Made by a program: the position numbers and the translations under genes. DNA of 64,000 nucleotides. It comes from Rhina ancylostomus. Its lineage: Eukaryota. Position 1 is the first letter of the stretch. Each line of letters begins with the position of its first letter. The notes below the pieces were generated by a model that saw only the letters and a list, made by a program, of their open reading frames with translations, did no database searches and was not told the DNA's origin. Location: NCBI GenBank assembly GCA_030265395.1, contig JARFYF010000112.1, forward strand, positions 64,916,471-64,980,470, written 5' to 3'. Shown here piece by piece: positions 37,650 through 49,200 of the stretch.

Positions 37650-39080
37650 CTACCAAACTGCTAGCTATCAAATATCCCTTCCTGACTCTCATGTTTGCTA
37701 ATGTTAATGGTTCTCTGTCGCTGGGTGCTGTCCTCTCCAAATTAATTGTCAACATTTCTCTCCTTAAAAAAAATCTTAATTCCCCCAACAATTTTGCAAA
37801 CTACTGCTCTGCCTCTGACTTCTCTTTTCTCTTCAGTCCTTTAATATGCTGCCACACTCATCTTTCCCTCCTATCATCCTACACTGTATGGAATTAAATG
37901 TTATCAGAATCATAAATGACCTTCTTTGGGACCAGGCAATGGTAAGATTCCTTCTGACCCTATTTTACATGGGTAATAATGCCATTGTTCTCCACTGACT
38001 CTGACCATTGTCCATCCGGGTGAGGCTGCATTCATCTAGTTTGATTCTTATCTTTGCATTCATAGTCAGAATGATTTATCTTTTTCCCACTGCAACATGA
38101 CGTCTGAGTCCCAAAACCTTCTACCCTTGGCCTTCTATTTCACATCCACATGCTGCTCCTTGGTTATATTATCCACACACATGGTCAGTTTCCACGTGTA
38201 CCCTGTCAAGTAAAGTCAAGTTTATTGTCATGTGCACAAGTACATGTATGCACAGGCGCAATGAAAAGGTTACTTGTAAGACCCAGTTGTATTTCATCAT
38301 GACTCCCCTTGACCCACTGTCACTGCTTTGTTATACTGCTAATGCAATATCCATTACTAAATGGGCAAAAAGTTCCTCCAACTAAAAATTGGAAAGACTA
38401 AAGCTATTTGGTTCACACCACAAACTCTTTTCCAACTATATCTCTACCTGATGACTGTCTGAGGGTGAATCAGATTGGTGTCATGTTTGATGTCCAGCTG
38501 AGCTTTGAATCATACACCCGCACCATAAGTAAGAATGTCTATTTTTATCTCTGTAGCATTATTTGCTTTCCCCAGCTCACAAGCTGCTAAAAGTCTTATC
38601 CATGCCTTTGTAGCCTCTGGACTTCACAAGTAAAATTCAATCCTGACCGATCTTTCTTGTTCTACTTCCTGTAAAGTGCATATCTGGACTTTTATCATGT
38701 TCTAGCTGTTCAAACATCATCCCTGCCCTCACCTGGCCTACTCTAGCTCCCAGTTAAGCAAATGCTCAATTTTAAATTTGCAATCTTCTCCAACTCTCCA
38801 AAATACTAGCACCCCTTTAATCTATCAGCTAAACATCCACAATTTCAAGTTCTACTTGATGAGAAGTTGTGACTACATTTGCAGACATTCTAAACTCTAT
38901 AATTTCCTTCCTAAATTTCCCCACCTCCCCACTTTTTTCCTTTAGGATTCTCCTTAAAACCTACCTCTTTAACTCTGATTTACTCCAACACTGATGTTTT
39001 GTTTGCTGACACCCTGAAAAGGCACCTTGAGAGATTTTAATATGTTATTGGCATGATCAAAACATGCTTTATTGTTATTT
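37650..39080 (+). mobile_element. Decayed L2 LINE (RT region to 3' tail)
   Basis: NNFANYCSASDFSFL resembles NYRPISNLPFL. TTCCACGTGTACCCTG...ACCCAGTTG resembles FHxYADDTQL. GVMFDVQLSFESY motif present. L2-like tail near 39020-39080. Confidence 0.8.
38205..38277 (-). mobile_element. 5'-truncated LINE tail inserted into the L2 copy
   Basis: GTCAAGTAAAGTCAAGTTTATTGTC is a reversed AATAAA plus (CTTGA)-type tandem tail that interrupts the L2 YADD region. Confidence 0.6.
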
Positions 39081-41029
39081 CAGACCCATAATAAATAGGC
39101 ATTGAAATGCTGCATTCTGTATACAGAAAATTCATTAATATAATTAATGCAAAGAAACAGTTAAATATGTTGTTAGCATATATATGATGAACTCACGGGA
39201 AAAAGCCTTTGTGTGCCAGATACTTGCCTACTGTGCCAGAGATGTAATTCAGCACTGGAGCTCAATTACAGTTCTCTTGTCAAATTGTAACAGTAACTGC
39301 AAGGCATCAGATATGAACTTGGATCTGGCTCAGCCAAGCACTCAGACTGTTGGCAAGGCAAAAGATGGACCACAGCAATGTAAGCTTATCTCTGAATGGC
39401 CTGAACGAACAACTGGTGCCAGAAAATCGAAGGCAGAGTTTGCAATCTTGCCTTTTTATTTCCTTTTTCTACAACAACATGCAGAGACTATGGTTACTGA
39501 ATAGGAAGATGAGACCGTGCACCTAAACAGGTATTAGGCATTAAGCCACTAGGCAAGGGCAGTGAAGTTTTTGAGATATTATATTGTATTAAAGCAGGTG
39601 GGTTTGATGTGCAAAGAACAAGGGAGAAAAAGAAATTCTTTCAGATTTCTCCTGTTACTCTGGAGCTAAGCTTATTTGTTCAATGATCCCTTCAGTAAAA
39701 TACAGTAAAGGAGCAGCCCGTTGCTGACAGCTGCTTGCTTCTCAGAGGAAGAAGATCAGAGATCTGATCCTATTTTAAGCAAAGGATGTTTTAAGTTTCA
39801 AATTCCATGCAATGTTCCTCCTCCCTACATAATCTTCTTTATTCCTCTGACAGCAGTGATTCAAAGTGTAGCAAGGTTCTATGGATGTGAGAAGTGCATA
39901 ATAACTCAGCCATGTGTCCCTTTTCATGAGTGAGTCCAGGGAACAAATAATTGCAGGTCATTTGCCTGTGTGGTAAGTCATGTCCATTCCTCATCTGAAT
40001 CTTCTGCATGTGTACATTTTAGTAATGAATAGGTTACCAAATAGGAATGGAAATTGATTTTTAATTGATTTTTGGAGAACCAAATTATACTAGTCCCATT
40101 TCCACCCTGGCTATGACCAACTAACTGACATAATTGGTGAATCAAAGCCTGTTGTTTCTTATGGCTGACTGCCATAACATTTAACATATTTGTTTGCTGT
40201 AACCTAAACCTCTCAAGAAATTTTTAAATTATGATCTGAACTTTTGATTATCCTTGACCATCTAGCATTTTTCTCTGGACTGTCCTCCAAAATCTATTCA
40301 CCTTTGCTTTCTCTTTAAACCAAATTATCCATCTGAATATGTCATCAGTTATGTCCTTAATTCCTTTAATTTTTCTTCATTGCCTCCCCTTCCTCTTGAA
40401 GTACTCTAATATGTTTCTTCTATTAGGAAGGCTGTAAAACACTATGCAAGTTAAAACCAGGGAACAGGACCAATTGTGTACCTATTGTAGTGTATCTATT
40501 GTTATTGTATTATTATCCAAATGGAAATTTTGATTAAATTCCAGCCAGTAACTCATTCATGATTATTTGTCATCCTGGAAGTTATCTGTCTTCTGTAGTG
40601 TTGCTCACATGACCTAGAAGATGTACTTTTTTTGTTTCATGTTACATTCAACACATCATGACCATCGAATTATAGGCTTGAATGACAAACTGCATGTTTT
40701 GAATAGTATAGTTAGATTCAAATAGCAGTTGCGTGCTTAAAATCCATTTTTAATGTCCATATTTGAATGGAATATCTAAATTATTAGTCCTAATTATTGG
40801 TGAAAGTAAATTTAATTATGGAATTAACTTTCTCGCTTTTTAACTGGCACAGACCCAATGGGATGAATGACTTCCTTCTGTGTCATAACTTTTTAATGAG
40901 ATCCTGAGCTTCTACTCCTCAATACTTCATTTCCCTTCCCCAGTAGCACCCTCTCCTTGTCCTCCAACCCTGAAGTTCAACAGGTGTTTGAGGAAATGCA
41001 CCACACCTCTTAATTGGGCATTTTTGCAG

Positions 41030-42250
41030 CGTGAGTGCTCAGTATTTATTTCACCAATTTCAGATCATTAGCACCACTTCCATTTTACTTTCAGACCACA
41101 ATTATCACTGATTTGTTGTTACCACTTACACCTCCTTTAGAACCATCTTTTGTTTCAATTCTGGCATCAATACCACCTCCTTTGCCTTGTGCCATCAGTC
41201 TTTTTGTCTGCCTATCACAGACCTTCCTTCTTAATTCTTTCCTCTCCTATTGCCTCTGTTCTTGCTTAAAGTCAATGAAATTTCTATTTTCTGACAGAAG
41301 AGATTCACAATCTGAAAAGTTACCTACGTTCCTCTCTTCACAGGAACTACCTGATTTGTTGCACTTCCAGCCTTTTCTACCATGGTTTATTTTGCTTTGG
41401 AGGACAGGAAAATTGTGAGGAAGTGGTATTCAAGTTTCAGATAGGTGGGAGATGAGTAGCAAAGTGATGTGTGCACCATGTGATTTGNNNNNNNNNNNNN
41501 NNNNNNNNNNNNNNNNNNNNNNNNNNNNNNNNNNNNNNNNNNNNNNNNNNNNNNNNNNNNNNNNNNNNNNNNNNNNNNNNNNNNNNNAAAGTGCTGGAAG
41601 AATGAGTTTGGCAGCAAGGAGCAGGTTTGGATCTGGCAAGATGGTTTCTTGGCCAGGAATATTGATTGTGCAACCAATGAGGGAAGTATGTCAAGGAAAG
41701 CTAGTGACAGGATGGGAATTTTGATAGTGCTGAGATGTTAGTGTGATGCTGCTTGGGATTTGAGAGTAATGGGAGGAGGTCTTGGAAAATTGTGCTTTGG
41801 GTGTATTGGGAAGAGAGATCGTGAAATATCTGAGGAGTGCAAGGATCTGGAAGAATATCTTTGGCAGGCTTTGGAAAGTCATAGTGGGATCCAGTGGGAG
41901 TAAAACTGCAGTCTCAAGGTGCAATAAAACAGTGAAGGCAAGCCTAAGGATCAAAGGGAAGTGTGATAAGAGTACTGGGATGTATGAACATTCGGAAGGG
42001 GACAGATTATGGAAGCATTGACAGGGAGAGTCCGATTCTCTGAAATGGTGTCAATGGAGTCCTTACAGTGGAAGGAAATCTGTTCTTCTGGAGAGAGGAG
42101 AATTTCAGTATATGTAGCCATTGAATGGTCTTTGATTGGGGTGGTATTGTAGGAAAGTGATCCATAACAGAAAAGTTAAAGAAATCTGGGACCTTCTGAA
42201 GGTGACCCTTGAGTGTGCAGGTTCCAATATCCCAGGGTGAGGGGTAAGAA
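41030..42250. mobile_element. Decayed Penelope-type fragments in opposite orientations
   Basis: 41030-41390 is a pyrimidine-rich terminal region ending in the CTGA..GAAA core and the ...ACCTGATTTGTTGCACTTCCAGC arm. 41400-42250 resembles reversed internal sequence. Family assigned by eye. Confidence 0.45.
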
Positions 42251-44063
42251 AAGANNNNNNNNNNNNNNNNNTATAGGAGCTTAGAGTCTGGTAACTTAAA
42301 GGATTGGCTGGAATCTGGCAGTACTGAATGGGGTAGTGGGGGTGGACAGGTGCACGGTGGAGTAAATGTCAGATAGAACAATGCTGGAAGGTTGCTATGA
42401 ATGTGACATGGGTTCTGTTTGATATTCCTGTCCCCTCCAAGATCAGCCATTCCTAACATATTTCTGCAACTTGCAGGCCAGGGAAGAAGACAAGAGAGAG
42501 AGAGGTGACAGTTATGGTTGACGAAAGTCAGGAAAAAACAGATATAGAAATGGCCAGCATAATATTCAACAAAGTGCACCCTAATTGCCCCTAACCACCA
42601 ATCCTCCAAATCTATGACCTGTGCTGGTATTGCAATAAGCAGTGTAAAGGGAAGTGTAACTGAATTTCACACCAAATCCGAGTATGTTGTAAAAGATTGC
42701 AGAAACCTATTTCACAGGGGCAGCTGGTGGCTAGGCCTTCCAACTAAATTGTAATCAATGAAGATTGAATGGTAAGTGTTGACATAGTAATTTACAATGG
42801 TAAATGCTTCCAGAAATCTATTGACTAAGAAGAATGATGTGCACGTAAGATTTGTAGGCAATACATAGATTTATTTGTAAAACTCCTGCAAACCTTTGTC
42901 AGTCCCAGTTTATAAACTGTAATTGTGCAACTGATGGTTTGTACACATTACAACCTGATCTAATAAATTAGGTTTGATCCTGTGATTGAACATGCAAACA
43001 CGGAGTCTGTGTGAAATTCACAGTCACTGATAGATAAATATCTCATTTTACTCAAGTTTCTTTCTCATTACAGCCCAATTGGAGGGTGAATACTAATACT
43101 CCGGTCACTATGAATGGCAACACAGTAACATTCAAAAAGACTATGGCTTCTCACTTGGCTTATGTGGAAACTAGGATAATTAACACAAAAATTATTTTTC
43201 CCCTAGTCAGAGTGGATTAGTTTAAGAGATGCAAATAAAGATTTAACTCAGAAAGGGTTGTCCAAGGTTATTAAGTTGCTGATTTAAAGACTGTTTTCTT
43301 GTGGTAAAATGTTTGATGGCATATCTTTAACAAAGTACTTTTTACACCTTAAGTGTCAAAAATAAATAAAATCATTGCGGAAGAGGAATATTTTGCTGCA
43401 GAACGAAGGATGCAGAACCAAGGATGCCTCTTTATTGATTGTCTTTGCTGAGATCAGCTTCACAGCAAGCATTGAGTTTGCTAAGTGAGGCATATTATTC
43501 AACAGGAAGGAAGTAACCAACGTTGTCATTGCTGACCAGGCAATGTTCAATCACACATATGTGGAAAGGAGCTAAAAAAAAACTCATACAAGAAGGCTTG
43601 CGTGATTTTTGAGATAAATAAGAACAGAAAATTCTGGACATACTCAGCACTTTAGACAGCATCTCTGGAGAGAGAAACAGAGTCTATTGCCTCTTATTTC
43701 TTGTGACATTACCAGAAGCTGTATCTTTACATAGAATGTAGAATAGAACAGTTCAGATGCAAACTTCAACTGTGATTGTTCTCTTTGTCACATATGGTTA
43801 GAATTTGTCTGTGTTCTAAGCCAAGCAGTAATTCATAGACCCTCTATTGAATTTAGTGAGCAGCACTCATCTAGAGTGTGTGCCACTGTTTAGGCTGTAC
43901 AACAAATCCAGGCTGGGTTATCTGAGAGACACCAGTGATGTTGGCAAATTGCAAAAGGAACTTGACCAAGTTGAAAATAGCTAAAGAAAGCCCACTGTCA
44001 ATATTTGAAGTTATACAGACTCACTAATTCAGGTAAAGAGCCCCATTATCAAAGCGCTGAGTT

Positions 44064-44140
44064 CTGATGAATGGTCATTGACATGAAACTCTAACACTAT
44101 TCTCCATAGATGCTACCTGAGTATTTTCTGTTTTTGTTTT
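44064..44140 (+). mobile_element. Penelope-type terminal repeat with a minimal hammerhead-like core
   Basis: CTGATGA-ATGGTCATTGACAT-GAAAC followed by the family arm TCTCCATAGATGCTACCTGAGTATTTTCTG. Confidence 0.55.
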
Positions 44141-45119
44141 CTACTCTTAGAATGGTCAGCTGATTCTGGGCAAGGATTCCATGATAAGGAAGTAGATGGT
44201 GATAAGTGGCCAATGCTAAGTGCCACTCTTCTTGCCACAGAGCCTCCTCTATTATATTCTGGTGTGGCACCTTCAATCACTAAGCATGCTGTAATACGAG
44301 CCAACTATCTGACAGGCTGAGCAGAGGCAGACTTAAGTTGGCATCCCCTTTCTAGAGCAGTTTTCTTGGGTAAATCTCCCTCATAAATTGAGGGGGAGTG
44401 ATGTGGCTCAGAACTAGGATTCCTGGAGCATGATTTGGTTGGTAAGTTTCTTGTAGGTGATGCACATTGTTAAATTAAACTAGGCATCTATGAGTTTCAT
44501 GTCAGCTGAATGATTCCCTTCTGAAGCACAATGCTCTTTTATTGAATATGAGAGGCTCAGAATATAAAGGTTGTAGCATTTATTTCCCACAAAGAGCAAG
44601 CCAGTTTGGTATGTTNNNNNNNNNNNNNNNNNNNNNNNNNNNNNNNNNNNNNNNNNNNNNNNNNNNNNNNNNNNNNNNNNNNNNNNNNNNNNNNNNNNNN
44701 NNNNNNNNNNNNNNNTTGGTATGTTGGTTGTTGCCTATCTTGATCTTCACTGCTATCTTGTTCAGGTGACTTTCGTGCATTAGATTTTAGTCAAGGTTAC
44801 CGTCAAGGTAAACTGCATGTTCTCGATGTTTCAGTCTTTAATAATTCATCATGATGTTTAGTTTCTTCCTGCTATTGGCAAGAGTTTCTAAATTATTACT
44901 TTATTTTATTGTTCTCTCCCTTCCTGCCACTTTTTGCCTGGTTTTCACCTGAATGGTCAGCTATATACTGTACGTTGGATACCTTTCTTGTCGCCAATCT
45001 CTACATAGCCTACAGTATTCAGGTCTGATATTTCATGCATCAGAATTTGTTTCTTGTGATAGTAAACTTTTTTAAAAAAGAAAACAACATTAAGTCATGG
45101 ACCTGAATTGCAGAGGTAG

Positions 45120-46015
45120 AGCATGAGCGAGCCCTGCATTTGATATCAAGATAGCATTTGACCAAGGAGCACTAGTAAAACTAAAGTCAAAAGGAATCAG
45201 GGGGAAAAGTCTCCATGGCTGGAGTTATACCTTGCACAAAGGAAAATGGTTATGAGTATTGAAGGTCGTACATCTGATCTCCAGGATGTTGCTCAGCGTG
45301 TGAATTCCTCAAGGTAGCGTCATAAACCTGGCAACTTTCAGCTACTTTTTCAACGACCTTTGCTCCCTCATAAAATCAGAAATGGCTATTGTTTAAAGAT
45401 GGTAGCATTATGTTTAATTCTATTTCCAAACCTGTCAGATAATGAAGCAGTCATTGCCTAACTGTAGCAGGATCTGGACAAACATCAACGCACGGGCTGA
45501 CAACTGGCAGTAACGTTTGCATCAAAAAAATAATCATCTCCAAAAGGATTCTTCTTGATGTTAAATGGGACTACAATGGCTGTGACTCCCTGTTTATCAT
45601 CTCAGTGGTACCATTAACTAGAAACTTAAATGGACTACCCACATAAATACCATGACCACTAGCAGGGTATTCTAGGTTTTCTGTGTCATTTCCAGATTCC
45701 TCAAAGCCTTTCCACCATCTACACATCTTTTCAGGATTCCATTGTAATAATCTTCATTTGCCTGATGAATGAAGCTCCAGAAATAGCCAAGAACCCTCAA
45801 CACCATCCAGGAAAAAGCAGCTGGCATAACTAGGTTCCAGTTCTCCAGCATAAATCCCCCATCGCTCATACACCATTGTTAGCATATGTCTCATCGACAA
45901 AATGCACTGCAGCAGCATACCAAAATTGCTTCCCAAACCTTTAACTTCTAACAATTTTTCAATGGGAATGCCACCTGGATGTTCCCTTCTAGGTCACACC
46001 ATATCCTGACTTGGA
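45120..46015 (+). mobile_element. CR1-group (Crack/L2-related) LINE RT and 3' region
   Basis: TTTGATATCAAGATAGCATTTGAC (xDIKxAFD), CCTCAAGGTAGCGTC (PQGSV) and CCATCCAGGAAAAAGCAGC. Confidence 0.8.
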
Positions 46016-46220
46016 ACATTGAGTCATATGGACATACAGCATGGAAACAGGCCCTTCAGCACATCGAATCCACACAAGCGCCCATCTACAATCATCCCAT
46101 TTTTATCTTCCCCACATTCTCACCAGCTCCCACCAGATTCCACCACTCACTTACACATTAGAGGCAATTTACAGCAGCCATGTAACCTACTAACCTGTGT
46201 GTCCTTGGTATATGAGGGAG
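46015..46220 (-). mobile_element. 3' part of a V-SINE/HE1-like SINE
   Basis: ACAGCATGGAAACAGGCCCTTCAGC tail followed by GGCAATTTACAGCAGCC...AACCTACTAACC, as in the 13390 copy. Confidence 0.7.
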
Positions 46221-49200
46221 AAGTTTGTCTTTAGTTGCTTTTGGTAATGCAGGTTGCTCCTTGAATTCACCACCATATGTTTGGTTCCATTGACATCATT
46301 TACAGGTATAATGAAAAAGTAAATCTAGTGTATGCAAACTCTGACAAGTCCCACTCGTTGCTGCTCAGAAGAGGGCAGCTTTTTATATACTGCTGTTAAT
46401 TTAAATATTTACTGCAGCACCTCTCAATTATTTATTTTTCAGTGGATATTAAAGGAATAATTAGGCACAGACATACACCAATTGCAATTTATACTTTAAT
46501 ATTTCAGGGAAGAGTCCACATAGAAGCTGAACTGGAAATCGCTTTGCAGAAGTTTGAGTCACATGACACACCCAAGTGATTCATCAGATTTGTCTCTGAG
46601 CAGCTATATAAATGAAAGTTGTTGTTCCTTTCATAGTGGCTGCAGCGTATGGCTAGAAAGGTCTCAGGGTCAACTAAATACAAAAATTCATAGGTATAGA
46701 TATTGTCCTTTCTACTGGACCCTTGTGTTACAGGATAAGCTTTGAGGATCTGCTACAGTTCAAAGCCAGTAGAATGACTGCAGAAGTTAGAATCAAACTG
46801 TTCGGTGCTGTTCTTCATTTGCAGCTTGAATTCTTGTATACAGTTTTGGTCACTGAGCCACAAGGGAGACATTCAAGGGCTGGTGGCTCTACCGGGAACC
46901 ACAAAATTGATATCTGTTGGAATTTTGAGTCTACAGAGGTGGCAAATATTCAGAGATCCTATAAGTTTATATGAAGTAGTTAGGGGAAATGGAAAAGATA
47001 AGTAGAAGTAATAACTTATGAGTAAGTTGACAGGTAGGATAAAGGGTCAACCTCATCAAAGGTGATTGCAAAAGAGAAAATATTTACTAAATTCATACAT
47101 TTAATTTCAGAATATAATCAAAGTTGAAAACACTAAATATCTGAATTAATATCATGCTGGACAGACACAGTAATACAAAAGCAATATTTTGAAGACCTGA
47201 AATGTTAACTCTGTGGCTGTCTAATCTGCTGAGTATTTCCAGTAATTTTTATATTTTATTAACACTGTCAAATGAGATCATACATACAAGATGCCATGAT
47301 ACTTTTTTGCTTTTACTTCCCTTTATCATATTGTCCTTTACCAGTTTGGTGATTGTTGTACTTTTGGTTCATATTAGGCATGCATTTTATGCTCACCATA
47401 TCCAGACGATTACACATCAGTCATTGAGGAAATCAGCAATGTGGAAATGCACATAATTTTCTGCCTTTGTAGAAATCCCTCAGATGTTAATCTAATAAGG
47501 ATCCTGCCTGCCTATTTTTGGATTGGACCATTTATAGGTGAGTGGGCTATTTAAAAATTTCTAAATATGTAAACTTACTAAAATTCTTAAAACTAGACCA
47601 AATTATAATTAAATTATGCTCTTAATTGAGAAACAGTTTTTAAAGGTGTTTCAAAGTAGCTTGATCAGTCATAAATTGATGTTGAGGGCAAGAATAGCTA
47701 AAAACTTGATCAATGAGGTAGTTTTTAAGGAGAGTCAAATGACAAGAGCAAGGTAAACAGTTAAGAAGGGAGTTCAACACACCGGACCTAAACAACTGAA
47801 GGCACAACTGCCAACAGTGGAACAATGGGAGTGAAGAANNNNNNNNNNCAAGAACCAGATATGAAAGAATGTAAAGTTCGGAAGTCTATTTTCCAGGACT
47901 TTATTTTGTTGAGTGGAAAGAGTAATTAGTTAGAATACCAAGGGCTGTGAGGAATTTTTGTCATTTTCCAAACTAATCTTGGGATTCATCCTGATCCCTA
48001 ATGTCTTGCCTCAATCTCCCTCTCTGAATTTTTATTTGGTAGAAGACTGAACTGGGGTAGAAATATGTACTCTACTACAAGTACTAAACAGATAATGTAG
48101 TAACATATATAGGTTGAGCTTTGCTTCTGAAATTTAGTTCCATTGAAGTCAAAACATTTGCATTTTGGAAGCAGAGTTCAATACGCTAGTGCTACAATTT
48201 TGCACATTTAATATGAATGATAGAGGAATTGTTTTATTTAGGGTTCAGGGAAACTAAGATGGAGAGAATGAGGCTATCTAATGAATGAATTAAAAAATGA
48301 ATGTTCTTTGTTGACTGAATGATCTTCCAGTTGCTTTGCTGAGCACCTGAAAAGTGTCATGAAAGATGAGCATTGACTATCACCTGCTGGAACAGGTATG
48401 AATCCCCTGCTATTTGTTTAAATGGGAATGATATCAATCGCTCATTAAGCGTAAATCTAGGAAGGTGACCAGGTGAACAAACCACTGACTGCAAATCCTG
48501 AGGGTGCCAGTACCAGAGTGGATCCATTCTAAATACCAAATGACAATGTTTTACAAAATACAGCATTGGTAAGGAAGTTGGTACTTAATGGTGCTGTCCG
48601 TTAACAAAATCATTGATACATTCAGTTGGGTGGTTTGCCAAATGAAGTGAGAGATGACACGCAGCATAATGAACCTGCGTAGAATGTGTCAGTAGTTAAA
48701 ATACTGGATTTAATGAAGACAGAGCCTTACTGTCAATCTGTGTGCAGTAATGTGGAACTGAGCTTTTTTTTGAGTATTTATTCTAGTTTCATGATTCTTT
48801 GTTTTTCGTGTTGCTCCCTTGCTCAATTTACAACATCATATTGCTGAAAAGGAGTTCATTTTTTGCCCTGTGGAAGGAGTGGGGCTTGCTTAGAGTTGTG
48901 CTTAAACAGTAAAAAGACTAGGATTCATGCACAGCCTTTTTAAAGGAAAACAATTGTTTACTAAATTGGACCCACAGGGTTGTCTGACTGAATGTATCAT
49001 CTTAATATATGTACCATACTAAACAAAGCTATTGCAGGCATGATCAGACTCTAAACACCATTGGTATGGTTCTTTAGAATCCTGTAAATAAATACTACAG
49101 CACTGCCAATTTGATACCTGGTATTTGTAAAACTAGCTTTTAAATGTTTCTTTGGCTTAAGGGGATGAAGTAGTCTGATCCCTGATAATCTTGTTGTTAA

